Assembly: GCA_026770705.1 (NCBI GenBank)
Contig: JANJGN010000038.1
Location: forward strand, 2,542,001-2,606,000
DNA: 64,000 nucleotides
Origin: Isurus oxyrinchus
Lineage: Eukaryota
Direction of reading: 5' to 3'
In this document: one piece after another, positions 1-15,744 of the stretch
Layout of the letters: every line of letters starts with the position of its first letter
How positions within the stretch are numbered: position 1 is the first letter of the stretch
The notes under the pieces: model-generated
What the model was told of the DNA's origin: nothing
What the model saw: the letters and a program-made list of their open reading frames with translations, nothing else
Database searches by the model: none
Translations under genes and position numbers: made by a program

Positions 1-3000
1 AATACTGAAACAGGTTATGGGTTATTATAAACTGAGACAGTCTGAATTGCAGTGAATACTGAAACAGGTTATGGGTTATTAAAAACTGAGACAGTGTGTA
101 TTACAGTGAATACTGAAACAGGTTATGGGTTATTATAAAATGAGACAGTGCGTATTACAGTGAATACTGAAACAGGTTACGGGTTATTATAAACTGAGAC
201 AGTGTGTATTACAGTGAATACTGAAACAGGTTATGGGTTATTATAAACTGAGACAGTGTGTATTACAGTGAATACTGAAACAGGTTATGGGTTATCATAA
301 ACTGAGATAGTGTGTATTACAGTGAATACTGAAACAGGTTATGGGTTATCATAAAGTGAGACACTGTGTATTACAGTGAATAATGAAACAGACTATGGGT
401 TATTATAAACTGAGACACTGTGTATTACAGTGAATACTGAAACAGGTTATGGGTTATTATAAACTGAGACAGTATGTATTACAGTGAATACTGAAACAGG
501 TTATTGGTTATTATAAACTGAGACAGTGTGTATTACAGTGAATACTGAAACAGGTTATGGGTTATTATAAACTGAGACAGTGTGTATTACAGTGAATACT
601 GATACAGGTTATGAGTTATTATAAACTGAGGCAGTGTGTATTACAGTGAATACTGAAACAGGTTATGGGTTATTATAAACTGAGACAGTCTGTATTACAG
701 TGAATACTGAAACAGGTTATGGGTTATTAAAAACTGAGACAGTGTGTATTACAGTGAATACTGAAACAGGTTATGGGTTATTATAAAATGAGACAGTGCG
801 TATTACAGTGAATACTGAAACAGGTTATGGGTTATTATAAACTGAGACAGTGTGTATTACAGTGAATACTGAAACAGGTTATGGGTTATTATAAACTGAG
901 ACAGTGTGTATTACAGTGAATACTGAAACAGGTTATGGGTTATCATAAACTGAGATAGTGTGTATTACAGTGAATACTGAAACAGGTTATGGGTTATCAT
1001 AAACTGAGACACTGTGTATTACAGTGAATAATGAAACAGACTATGGGTTATTATAAACTGAGACACTGTGTATTACAGTGAATACTGAAACAGGTTATGG
1101 GTTATTATAAACGGAGACAGTATGTATTACAGTGAATACTGAAACAGGTTATGGGTTATTATAAACTGAGACAGTGTGTATTACAGTGAATACTGAAACA
1201 GGTTATGGGTTATTATAAACTGAGACAGTGTGTATTACAGTGAATACTGAAACAGGTTATGGGTTATTAAAACTGAGACAGTGTGTATTACACTGAATAC
1301 AGAAACAGGTTATGGGTTATTATAAACTGAGACAGTGTGTATTACAGTGAATACTGATACAGGTTATGGGTTATTAAAAACTGAGACAGTGCGTATTACA
1401 GTGAATACTGAAACAGGTTATGGGTTATTATAAACTGAGACAGTGCGTATTACAGTGAATACTGAAACAGGTTATGGGTTATTATAAACTGTGACAGTGT
1501 GTATTACAGTGAATACTGAAACAGGTTATGGGTTATTATAAACTGAGACAGTGTGTATTACAGTGAATACTGAAACAGGTTATGGGTTATTATAAACTGA
1601 GGCAGTATGTATTACAGTGAATACTGAAACAGGTTATGAGTTAATATAAACTGAGACAGTGTGTATTACAGTGAATACTGAAACAGGTTATGGGTTATTA
1701 TAAACTGAGATAGTGTGTATTACAGTGAATACTGATACAGGTTATGAGTTATTAGAAACTGAGGCAGTGTGTATTACAGTGAATACTGAAGCAGGTTATG
1801 GGTTCTTATAAACTGAGACAGTGTGTATTACAGTGAATACTGAAACAGGATATGGGTTATTAAAAACTGAGACAGTGTGTATTACAGTGAATACTGAAAC
1901 AGGTTATGGGTTATTATAAACTGAGACAGTGCGTATTACAGTGAATACTGAAACAGGTTATGGGTTATTATAAACTGAGACAGTGTGTATTACAGTGAAT
2001 ACTGAAACAGGTTATGGGTTATTATAAACTGAGACAGTGTGTATTACAGTGAATACTGAAACAGGTTCTGGGTTATCATAAACTGAGACAGTGTGTATTA
2101 CAGTGAATACTGAAACAGGTTATGGGTTATCATAAACTGAGACACTGTGTATTACAGTGAATACTGAAACAGGTTATGGGTTATTATAAACTGAGACACT
2201 GTGTATTACAGTGAATACTGAAACAGGTTATGGGTTATTATAAACTGAGACAGTGTGTATTACAGTGAATACTGAAACAGGTTATGGGTTATTATAAACT
2301 GAGATAGTGTGTATTACAGTAAATACTGAAACAGGTTATGGGTTATTATAAACTGAGACAGTGTGTATTACAGTGAATACTGAAACAGGTGATGGGTTAT
2401 TATAAACTGAGACAGTGTGTATTACAGTGAATACTGATACAGGTTATGAGTTATTATAAACTGAGGCAGTGTGTATTACAGTGAATACTGAAACAGGTTA
2501 TGGGTTATTATAAACTGAGGCAGTATGTATTACAGTGAATACTGAAACAGGTTATGAGTTAATATAAACTGAGACAGTGTGTATTACAGTGAATACTGAA
2601 ACAGGTTATGGGTTATTATAAACTGAGATAGTGTGTATTACAGTGAATACTGATACAGGTTATGAGTTATTAGAAACTGAGGCAGTGTGTATTACAGTGA
2701 ATACTGAAGCAGGTTATGGGTTATTAAAAACTGAGACAGTGTGTATTACAGTGAATACTGAAACAGGTTATGGGTTATTATAAACTGAGACACTGTGTAT
2801 TACAGTGAATACTGAAACAGGTTATGGGTTATTATAAACTGAGACACTGTGTATTACAGTGAATACTGAAACAGGTTATGGGTTATTATAAACTGAGACA
2901 GTGTGTATTACAGTGAATACTGAAACAGGTTATGGGTTATTATAAACTGAGATAGTGTGTATTACAGTAAATACTGAAACAGGTTATGGGTTATTATAAA

Positions 3001-6000
3001 CTGAGACAGTGTGTATTACAGTGAATACTGAAACAGGTGATGGGTTATTATAAACTGAGACAGTGTGTATTACAGTGAATACTGATACAGGTTATGAGTT
3101 ATTATAAACTGAGGCAGTGTGTATTACAGTGAATACTGAAACAGGTTATGGGTTATTATAAACTGAGACAGTCTGAATTGCAGTGAATACTGAAACAGGT
3201 TATGGGTTATTAAAAACTGAGACAGTGTGTATTACAGTGAATACTGAAACAGGTTATGGGTTATTATAAAACGAGACAGTTCGTATTACAGTGAATACTG
3301 AAACAGGTTATGGGTTATTATAAACTGAGACAGTGTGTATTACAGTGAATACTGAAACAGGTTATGGGTTATTATAAACTGAGACAGTGTGTATTACAGT
3401 GAATACTGAAACAGGTTATGGGTTATCATAAACTGAGATAGTGTGTATTACAGTGAATACTGAAACAGGTTATGGGTTATCATAAAGTGAGACACTGTGT
3501 ATTACAGTGAATAATGAAACAGACTATGGGTTATTATAAACTGAGACACTGTGTATTACAGTGAATACTGAAACAGGTTATGGGTTATTATAAACTGAGA
3601 CAGTATGTATTACAGTGAATACTGAAACAGGTTATTGGTTATTATAAACTGAGACAGTGTGTATTACAGTGAATACTGAAACAGGTTATGGGTTATTATA
3701 AACTGAGACAGTGTGTATTACAGTGAATACTGATACAGGTTATGAGTTATTATAAACTGAGGCAGTGTGTATTACAGTGAATACTGAAACAGGTTATGGG
3801 TTATTATAAACTGAGACAGTCTGTATTACAGTGAATACTAAAACAGGTTATGGGTTATTAAAAACTGAGACAGTGTGTATTACAGTGAATACTGAAACAG
3901 GTTATGGGTTGTTATAAAATGAGACAGTGCGTATTACAGTGAATACTGAAACAGGTTATGGGTTATTATAAACTGAGACAGTGTGTATTACAGTGAATAC
4001 TGAAACAGGTTATGGGTTATTATAAACTGAGACAGTGTGTATTAAAGTGAATACTGAAACAGGTTATGGGTTATCATAAACTGAGATAGTGTGTATTACA
4101 GTGAATACTGAAACAGGTTATGGGTTATCATAAACTGAGACACTGTGTATTACAGTGAATAATGAAACAGACTATGGGTTATTATAAACTGAGACACTGT
4201 GTATTACAGTGAATACTGAAACAGGTTATGGGTTATTATAAACGGAGACAGTATGTATTACAGTGAATACTGAAACAGGTTATGGGTTATTATAAACTGA
4301 GACAGTGTGTATTACAGTGAATACTGAAACAGGTTATGGGTTATTATAAACTGAGACAGTGTGTATTACAGTGAATACTGAAACAGGTTATGGGTTATTA
4401 AAACTGAGACAGTGTGTATTACAGTGAATACTGAAACAGGTTATGGGTTATTATAAACTGAGACAGTGCGTATTACAGTGAATACTGAAACAGGTTATGG
4501 GTTATTATAAACTGAGACAGTGTATTACAGTGAATACTGAAACAGGTTATGGGTTATTATAAACTGAGACAGTGTGTATTACAGTGAATACTGAAACAGG
4601 TTATGGGTTATCATAAACTGAGACACTGTGTATTACAGTGAATAATGAAAAAGGCTATGGGTTATTATAAACTGAGACACTGTGTATTACAGTGAATACT
4701 GAAACAGGTTATGGGTTATTATAAACTGAGACAGTATGTATTATAGTGAATACTGAAACAGGTTATGGGTTATTATAAACTGAGACAGTGTGTATTACAG
4801 TGAATACTGAAACAGGTTATGGGTTATTATAAACTGAGACAGTGTGTATTACAGTGAATACTGAAACAGGTTATGGGTTATTATAAACTGAGATAGTGTG
4901 TATTACAGTGAATACTGAAACAGGTTATTGGTTATTATAAACTGAGACAGTGTGTATTACAGTGAATACTGAAACAGGTTATGGGTTATTATAAACTGAG
5001 ACAGTGTGTATTACAGTGAATACTGATACAGGTTATGAGTTATTATAAACTGAGGCAGTGTGTATTACAGTGAATACTGAAATAGGTTATGGGTTATTAT
5101 AAACTGAGACAGTGTGTATTACAGTGAATACTGAAACAGGTTATGGGTTATTAAAAACTGAGACAGTGTGTATTACAGTGAATACTGAAACAGGTTATGG
5201 GTAATTATAAACTGAGACAGTGCGTATTACAATGAATACTGAAACAGGTTATGGGTTATTATAAACTGAGACAGTGTGTATTACAGTGAATACTGAAACA
5301 GGTTATTGGTTATTATAAACTGAGACAGTGTGTATTACAGTGAATACTGAAACAGGTTATGGGTTATTATAAACTGAGACATTTTGTATTACAGTGAATA
5401 CTGATACAGGTTATGAGTTATTATAAACTGAGGCAGTGTGTATTACAGTGAATACTGAAACAGGTTATGGGTTATTATAAACTGAGACAGTCTGTATTAC
5501 AGTGAATACTGAAACAGGTTATGGGTTATTAAAAACTGAGACAGTGTGTATTACAGTGAATACTGAAACAGGTTATGGGTTATTATAAAATGAGACAGTG
5601 CGTATTACAGTGAATACTGAAACAGGTTATGGGTTATTATAAACTGAGACAGTGTGTATTACAGTGAATACTGAAACAGGTTATGGGTTATTATAAACTG
5701 AGACAGTGTGTATTACAGTGAATACTGAAACAGGTTATGGGTTATCATAAACTGAGATAGTGTGTATTACAGTGAATACTGAAACAGGTTATGGGTTATC
5801 ATAAACTGAGGCACTGTGTATTACAGTGAATAATGAAACAGACTATGGGTTATTATAAACTGAGACACTGTGTATTACAGTGAATACTGAAACAGGTTAT
5901 GGGTTATTATAAACTGAGACAGTATGTATTACAGTGAATACTGAAACAGGTTATGGGTTATTATAAACTGAGACAGTGTGTATTACAGTGAATACTGAAA

Positions 6001-9000
6001 CAGATTATGGGTTATTATAAACTGAGACAGTGTGTATTACAGTGAATACTGAAACAGGTTATGGGTTATTAAAACTGAGACAGTGTGTATTACAGTGAAT
6101 ACTGAAACAGGTTATGGGTTATTATAAACTGAGACAGTGCGTATTACAGTGAATACTGAAACAGGTTATGGGTTATTATAAACTGAGACAGTGTGTATTA
6201 CAGTGAATACTGAAACAGGTTATGGGTTAATAAAAACTGAGACAGTGTGTATTACAGTGAATACTGAAACAGGTTATGGGTTATCATAAACTGAGACAGT
6301 GTGTATTACAGTGAATACTGAAACAGGTTATGGGTTATCATAAACTGAGACACTGTGTATTACAGTGAATACTGAAACAGGTTATGGGTTATTATAAACT
6401 GAGACACTGTGTATTACAGTGAATACTGAAACAGGTTATGGGTTATTAAAAACTGAGACAGTGTGTATTACAGTGAATACTGAAACAGGTTATTGGTTAT
6501 TATAAACTGAGATAGTGTGTATTACAGTGAATACTGAAACAGGTTATTGGTTATTATAAACTGAGACAGTGTGTATTACAGTGAATACTGAAACAGGTTA
6601 TGGGTTATTATAAACTGAGACAGTGTGTATTACAGTGAATACTGGTACAGGTTATGAGTTATTATAAACTGAGGCAGTGTGTATTACAGTGAATACTGAA
6701 ACAGGTTATGGGTTATTATAAACTGAGACAGTCTGTATTACAGTGAATACTGAAACAGGTTATGGGTTATTAAAAACTGAGACAGTGTGTATTACAGCGA
6801 ATACTGAAACAGGTTATGGGTTATTATAAAATGAGACAGTGCGTATTACAGTGAATACTGAAACAGGTTATGGGTTATTATAAACTGAGACAGTGTGTAT
6901 TACAGTGAATACTGAAACAGGTTATGGGTTATTAAAAACTGAGATAGTGTGTATTACAGTGAATACTGAAACAGGTTATGGGTTATTATAAACTGAGACA
7001 GTGTGTATTACAGTGAATACTGAAACAGGTTATGGGTTATTATAAACTGAGACAGTGTGTATTACAGTGAATACTGAAACAGGTTATGGGTTTTTAAAAC
7101 TGAGACAGTGTGTATTACAGTGAATACTGAAACAGGTTATGGGGTATTATAAACTGAGACACTGTGTATTACAGTGAATAATGAAACAGGCTATGGGTTA
7201 TTATAAACTGAGACACTGTGTATTACAGTGAATACTGAAACAGGTTATGGGTTATTATAAACTGAGACAGTATGTATTATAGTGAATACTGAAACAGGTT
7301 ATGGGTTATTATAAACTGAGACAGTGTGTATTACAGTGAATACTGAAACAGGTTATGGGTTATTATAAACTGAGACAGTGTGTATTACAGTGAATACTGA
7401 AACAGGTTATGGGTTATTATAAACTGAGATAGTGTGTATTACAGTGAATACTGAAACAGGTTATTGGTTATTATAAACTGAGACAATGTGTATTACAGTG
7501 AATACTGAAACAGGTTATGGGTTATTATAAACTGAGACAGTGTGTATTACAGTGAATACTGATACAGGTTATGAGTTATTATAAACTGAGGCAGTGTGTA
7601 TTACAGTGAATACTGAAACAGGTTATGGGTTATTATAAACTGAGACAGTCTGTATTACAGTGAATACTGAAACAGGTTATGGGTTATTAAAAACTGAGAC
7701 AGTGTGTATTACAGTGAATACTGAAACAGGTTATGGGTTATTATAAACTGAGACAGTGCGTATTACAGTGAATACTGAAACAGGTTATGGGTTATTATAA
7801 ACTGAGACAGTGTGTATTACAGTGAATACTGAAACAGGTTATGGGTTATCATAAACTGAGACACTGTGTATTACAGTGAATAATGAAACAGACTATGGGT
7901 TATTATAAACTGAGACACTGTGTATTACAGTGAATACTGAAACAGGTTATGGGTTATTATAAACTGAGACAGTATGTATTACAGTGAATACTGAAACAGG
8001 TTATTGGTTATTATAAACTGAGACAGTGTGTATTACAGTGAATACTGAAACAGGTTATGGGTTATTATAAACTGAGACAGTGTGTATTACAGTGAATACT
8101 GATACAGGTTATGAGTTATTATAAACTGAGGCAGTGTGTATTACAGTGAATACTGAAACAGGTTATGGGTTATTATAAACTGAGACATTCTGTATTACAG
8201 TGAATACTGAAACAGGTTATGGGTTATTAAAAACTGAGACAGTGTGTATTACAGTGAATACTGAAACAGGTTATGGGTTATTATAAAATGAGACAGTGTG
8301 TACTACAGTGAATACTGAAACAGGTTATGGTTTATTATAAACTGAGACAGTGTGTATTACAGTGAATACTGAAACAGGTTATGGGTTATCATAAACTGAG
8401 ATAGTGTGTATTACAGTGAATACTGAAACAGGTTATGGGTTATCATAAACTGAGACACTGTGTATTACAGTGAATAATGAAACAGACTATGGGTTATTAT
8501 AAACTGAGACACTGTGTATTACAGTGAATACTGAAACAGGTTATGGGTTATTATAAACTGAGACAGTATGTATTACAGTGAATACTGAAACAGGTTATGG
8601 GTTATTATAAACTGAGACAGTGTGTATTACAGTGAATACTGAAACAGGTTATGGGTTATTATAAACTGAGACAGTGTGTATTACAGTGAATACTGAAACA
8701 GGTTATGGGTTATTAAAACTGAGACAGTGTGTATTACAGTGAATACTGAAACAGGTTATGGGTTATTATAAACTGAGACAGTGCGTATTACAGTGAATAC
8801 TGAAACAGGTTATGGGTTATTATAAACTGAGACAGTGTGTATTACAGTGAATACTGAAACAGGTTATGGGTTATCATAAACTGAGATAGTGTGTATTACA
8901 GTGAATACTGAAACAGGTTATGGGTTATCATAAACTGAGACACTGTGTATTACAGTGAATAATGAAACAGACTATGGGTTATTATAAACTGAGACACTGT

Positions 9001-12000
9001 GTATTACAGTGAATACTGAAACAGGTTATGGGTTATTATAAACTGAGACAGTATGTATTACAGTGAATACTGAAACAGGTTATGGGTTATTATAAACTGA
9101 GACAGTGTGTATTACAGTGAATACTGAAACAGGTTATGGGTTATTATAAACTGAGACAGTGTGTATTACAGTGAATACTGAAACAGGTTATGGGTTATTA
9201 AAACTGAGACAGTGTGTATTACAGTGAATACTGAAACAGGTTATGGGTTATTATAAACTGAGACAGTGCGTATTACAGTGAATACTGAAACAGGTTATGG
9301 GTTATTATAAACTGAGACAGTGTGTATTACAGTGAATACTGAAACAGGTTATGGGTTATTATAAACTGAGACACTGTGTATTACAGTGAATACTGAAACA
9401 GGTTATTGGTTATTATAAACTGAGACAGTATGTATTACAGTGAATACTGAAACAGGTTATGGGTTATTATAAACTGAGACAGTGTGTATTACAGTGAATA
9501 CTGATACAGGTTATGAGTTATTATAAACTGAGGCAGTGTGTATTACAGTGAATACTGAAACAGGTTATGGGTTATTATAAACTGAGACAGTCTGTATTAC
9601 AGTGAATACTGAAACAGGTTATGGGTTATTATAAACTGAGACAGTGCGTATTACAGTGAATACTGAAACAGGTTATGGGTTATTATAAACTGAGACAGTG
9701 TGTATTACAGTGAATACTGAAACAGGTTATGGGTTATCATAAACTGAGACACTGTGTATTACAGTGAATAATGAAACAGACTATGGGTTATTATAAACTG
9801 AGACACTGTGTATTACAGTGAATACTGAAACAGGTTATGGGTTATTATAAACTGAGACAGTATGTATTACAGTGAATACTGAAACAGGTTATTGGTTATT
9901 ATAAACTGAGACAGTGTGTATTACAGTGAATACTGAAACAGGTTATGGGTTATTATAAACTGAGACAGTGTGTATTACAGTGAATACTGATACAGGTTAT
10001 GAGTTATTATAAACTGAGGCAGTGTGTATTACAGTGAATACTGAAACAGGTTATGGGTTATTATAAACTGAGACATTCTGTATTACAGTGAATACTGAAA
10101 CAGGTTATGGGTTATTATAAACTGAGACAGTGTGTATTACAGTGAATACTGAAACAGGTTATGGGTTATTATAAACTGAGACAGTGTGTATTACAGTGAA
10201 TACTGAAACAGGTTATGGGTTATCATAAACTGAGATAGTGTGTATTACAGTGAATACTGAAACAGGTTATGGGTTATCATAAACTGAGACACTGTGTATT
10301 ACAGTGAATAATGAAACAGACTATGGGTTATTATAAACTGAGACACTGTGTATTACAGTGAATACTGAAACAGGTTATGGGTTATTATAAACTGAGACAG
10401 TATGTATTACAGTGAATACTGAAACAGGTTATGGGTTATTATAAACTGAGACAGTGTGTATTACAGTGAATACTGAAACAGGTTATGGGTTATTATAAAC
10501 TGAGACAGTGTGTATTACAGTGAATACTGAAACAGGTTATGGGTTATTAAAACTGAGACAGTGTGTATTACAGTGAATACTGAAACAGGTTATGGGTTAT
10601 TATAAACTGAGACAGTGCGTATTACAGTGAATACTGAAACAGGTTATGGGTTATTATAAACTGAGACAGTGTGTATTACAGTGAATACTGAAACAGGTTA
10701 TGGGTTATTATAAACTGAGACAGTGTGTATTACAGTGAATACTGAAACAGGTTATGGGTTATCATAAACTGAGATAGTGTGTATTACAGTGAATACTGAA
10801 ACAGGTTATGGGTTATCATAAACTGAGACACTGTATTACAGTGAATAATGAAACAGGCTATGGGTTATTATAAACTGAGACACTGTGTATTACAGTGAAT
10901 ACTGAAACAGGTTATGGGTTATTATAAACTGAGACAGTATGTATTATAGTGAATACTGAAACAGGTTATGGGTTATTATAAACTGAGACAGTGTGTATTA
11001 CAGTGAATACTGAAACAGGTTATGGGTTATTATAAACTGAGACATTGTGTATTACAGTGAATACTGAAACAGGTTATGGGTTATTATAAACTGAGATAGT
11101 GTGTATTACAGTGAATACTGAAACAGGTTATTGGTTATTATAAACTGAGACAGTGTGTATTACAGTGAATACTGAAACAGGTTATGGGTTATTATAAACT
11201 GAGACAGTGTGTATTACAGTGAATACTGATACAGGTTATGAGTTATTATAAACTGAGGCAGTGTGTATTACAGTGAATACTGAAACAGGTTATGGGTTAT
11301 TATAAACTGAGACAGTCTGTATTACAGTGAATACTGAAACAGGTTATGGGTTATTAAAAACTGAGACAGTGTGTATTACAGTGAATACTGAAACAGGTTA
11401 TGGGTTATTATAAACTGAGACAGTGCGTATTACAGTGAATACTGAAACAGGTTATGGGTTATTATAATCTGAGACAGTGTGTATTACAGTGAATACTGAA
11501 ACAGGTTATGGGTTATCATAAACTGAGATAGTGTGTATTACAGTGAATACTGAAACAGGTTATGGGTTATCATAAACTGAGACACTGTGTATTACAGTGA
11601 ATAATGAAACAGGCTATGGGTTATTATAAACTGAGACACTGTATTACAGTGAATACTGAAACAGGTTATGGGTTATTATAAAGTGAGACAGTATGTATTA
11701 CAGTGAATACTGGAACAGGTTCTGGGTTATTATAAACTGAGACAGTGTGTATTACAGTGAATACTGAAACAGGTTATGGGTTATTATAAACTGAGACACT
11801 GTGTATTACAGTGAATACTGAAACAGGTTATTGGTTATTATAAACTGAGACAGTATGTATTACAGTGAATACTGAAACAGGTTATGGGTTATTATAAACT
11901 GAGACAGTGTGTATTACAGTGAATACTGATACAGGTTATGAGTTATTATAAACTGAGGCAGTGTGTATTACAGTGAATACTGAAACAGGTTATGGGTTAT

Positions 12001-14385
12001 TATAAACTGAGACAGTCTGTATTACAGTGAATACTGAAACAGGTTATGGGTTATTATAAACTGAGACAGTGCGTATTACAGTGAATACTGAAACAGGTTA
12101 TGGGTTATTATAAACTGAGACAGTGTGTATTACAGTGAATACTGAAACAGGTTATGGGTTATCATAAACTGAGACACTGTGTATTACAGTGAATAATGAA
12201 ACAGACTATGGGTTATTATAAACTGAGACACTGTGTATTACAGTGAATACTGAAACAGGTTATGGGTTATTATAAACTGAGACAGTATGTATTACAGTGA
12301 ATACTGAAACAGGTTATTGGTTATTATAAACTGAGACAGTGTGTATTACAGTGAATACTGAAACAGGTTATGGGTTATTATAAACTGAGACAGTGTGTAT
12401 TACAGTGAATACCGATACAGGTTATGAGTTATTATAAACTGAGGCAGTGTGTATTACAGTGAATACTGAAACAGGTTATGGGTTATTATAAACTGAGACA
12501 TTCTGTATTACAGTGAATACTGAAACAGGTTATGGGTTATTATAAACTGAGACAGTGTGTATTACAGTGAATACTGAAACAGGTTATGGGTTATTATAAA
12601 CTGAGACAGTGTGTATTACAGTGAATACTGAAACAGGTTATGGGTTATCATAAACTGAGATAGTGTGTATTACAGTGAATACTGAAACAGGTTATGGGTT
12701 ATCATAAACTGAGACACTGTGTATTACAGTGAATAATGAAACAGACTATGGGTTATTATAAACTGAGACACTGTGTATTACAGTGAATACTGAAACAGGT
12801 TATGGGTTATTATAAACTGAGACAGTATGTATTACAGTGAATACTGAAACAGGTTATGGGTTATTATAAACTGAGACAGTGTGTATTACAGTGAATACTG
12901 AAACAGGTTATGGGTTATTATAAACTGAGACAGTGTGTATTACAGTGAATACTGAAACAGGTTATGGGTTATTAAAACTGAGACAGTGTGTATTACAGTG
13001 AATACTGAAACAGGTTATGGGTTATTATAAACTGAGACAGTGCGTATTACAGTGAATACTGAAACAGGTTATGGGTTATTATAAACTGAGACAGTGTGTA
13101 TTACAGTGAATACTGAAACAGGTTATGGGTTATTATAAACTGAGACAGTGTGTATTACAGTGAATACTGAAACAGGTTATGGGTTATCATAAACTGAGAT
13201 AGTGTGTATTACAGTGAATACTGAAACAGGTTATGGGTTATCATAAACTGAGACACTGTATTACAGTGAATAATGAAACAGGCTATGGGTTATTATAAAC
13301 TGAGACACTGTGTATTACAGTGAATACTGAAACAGGTTATCGGTTATTATAAACTGAGACAGTATGTATTATAGTGAATACTGAAACAGGTTATGGGTTA
13401 TTATAAACTGAGACAGTGTGTATTACAGTGAATACTGAAACAGGTTATGGGTTATTATAAACTGAGACATTGTGTATTACAGTGAATACTGAAACAGGTT
13501 ATGGGTTATTATAAACTGAGATAGTGTGTATTACAGTGAATACTGAAACAGGTTATTGGTTATTATAAACTGAGACAGTGTGTATTACAGTGAATACTGA
13601 AACAGGTTATGGGTTATTATAAACTGAGACAGTGTGTATTACAGTGAATACTGATACAGGTTATGAGTTATTATAAACTGAGGCAGTGTGTATTACAGTG
13701 AATACTGAAACAGGTTATGGGTTATTATAAACTGAGACAGTCTGTATTACAGTGAATACTGAAACAGGTTATGGGTTATTAAAAACTGAGACAGTGTGTA
13801 TTACAGTGAATACTGAAACAGGTTATGGGTTATTATAAACTGAGACAGTGCGTATTACAGTGAATACTGAAACAGGTTATGGGTTATTATAATCTGAGAC
13901 AGTGTGTATTACAGTGAATACTGAAACAGGTTATGGGTTATCATAAACTGAGATAGTGTGTATTACAGTGAATACTGAAACAGGTTATGGGTTATCATAA
14001 ACTGAGACACTGTGTATTACAGTGAATAATGAAACAGGCTATGGGTTATTATAAACTGAGACACTGTATTACAGTGAATACTGAAACAGGTTATGGGTTA
14101 TTATAAAGTGAGACAGTATGTATTACAGTGAATACTGGAGCAGGTTCTGGGTTATTATAAACTGAGACAGTGTGTGTTACAGTGAATACTGAAACAGGTT
14201 ATGGGTTATTATAAACTGAGACAGTGTGTATTACAGTGAATACTGTAACTGGTTATGGATTAATATAAACTGAGACAGTGTGTATTACAGTGAATGCTGA
14301 AACAGGTTATGGGTTAATAAAAACTGAGACAGTGTGTATTACAGTGAATACTGAAACAGGTTATTGATTATTATAAACTGAGGCA
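1..14385. repeat. 54-bp tandem satellite, about 266 units, running off the 5' edge of the window
   Basis: The unit AATACTGAAACAGGTTATGGGTTATTATAAACTGAGACAGTGTGTATTACAGTG recurs every 54 bp (starts at 1, 55, ... 541), with few substitutions and occasional 1-2 bp deletions. Confidence 0.98.
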
Positions 14386-14940
14386 GCCTCTATTACAGAA
14401 ATTACCAATACAATATCTGTATTTATATAAACTGAGAAAGGTTATTTTGCAGTGATTATTGATACAAGGCATGGATTAATATAAACTGAGACTGGGTCTA
14501 TTACAGAGATTACTGATACATGCTATTGATTAACATAAACTGAGACAGGGTCTATTACAGTGATTACCGATACAAGGTCTATATTGATATTAAGTTTGTC
14601 AGGGTTTTTACAGGGATTACTGATACAAGGTATTGATTACTATCAACTGAGACAGGGTCTCTTGCAGTGATTACTAATACAATGTTTGCATTAATATAAA
14701 CTAAGACAGGGTCTCTTTCAGTGGTTACTGATACAAGGTATGGATAATATCCACTTAGGCAGGGTTTATTACAGTGATTACTGATACAAAGTCTGTATTC
14801 ATATAAACAGCGGCAGGGTCTAGTGTAGTGATTACTGGTAAACGGCCTAGATTAATATCAACTGCTACAGAACAGGATTGATACTGAGCCCAATTTAATA
14901 AAACTGAAGCGGGGCATAAAGCGATAATCTCTGACACAGC
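14386..14940. repeat. Degenerate edge of the satellite (diverged 27/54-bp units)
   Basis: Cores such as ACTGAGACAGGGTCTATTACAGTGATTACTGATACAAGG persist with increasing divergence. Confidence 0.85.
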
Positions 14941-15744
14941 ACGGAGTGTAAGTCAACCAGGGATAAATCTGGTGTGGAAACAATTGATGCAGGGCTTTGT
15001 GGCATATTGAGAGGGACAGAGAGTAATGCAGTTATAATTAATGCATAAATTGTGTAATATACAGAGAGATAGGGTTTAGTGTTACATCATTAGAAACCTC
15101 TTACTGTGCAATATAATAAGTGTATTAATTTCGAATTAACATAAGCCCCAGCATCACTGATCCATTTGCCAGTGGAATAGCTTCTCCCTAAATATTCAAA
15201 AACATCCCTCACACGTTGGACCATTTCTGATAAACCTATACTCGTTGATGAGGAGAGCAATCCCAGTTTTTTGTTGTGCAGAGAGTGATGGGCAGTGCAA
15301 ACTTAAGTTCCAGGAAATCTTCTGTCTTGTTACTTCGAAATGAGCATTTAACAATCGTTGACACTGTTATATGGGGCCAATGGAAATAAAGTGCACTGTT
15401 ACAACAGAGTCAGGCTAAGACACCGGGCTACAAGGCAACGGATCCCTTACAACTAAATTGATGTGTGTAAGACTGGAGCCTGCTCCTGAACTTTATATAC
15501 ATAGAACCAAATGCTATAATTTCAAAATAGCAACTGCAACATGTCCAGTGCCTTGCATTAGTGGCTCTCATACATGGACAGTAACCACTACTGAACTGAA
15601 AACAGAAAGTGCTGGAAAGACTCAGCCGGTCTGGCAGGGTCTGAGGAGAGAGCAACAGAGTTAACGTTTCGATTCCATTTTGAGTTTATTCAGAGCCACA
15701 ACTGCAGGTTTGAAGCATGGTCAGGTGGGTGATCATTCAGATGT

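Noticed and set aside
1-14385. Satellite as an array of cryptic RSS (GACAGTG, TACAGTG, variant CACTGTG; GGTTATTAT is close to the J nonamer GGTTATTGT)
   Set aside because: The nonamer-like to heptamer-like spacings are 7, 9 or 19 bp, never 12 or 22/23.
1-14385. CRISPR array
   Set aside because: There are no unique spacers and no cas genes, and the context is vertebrate.
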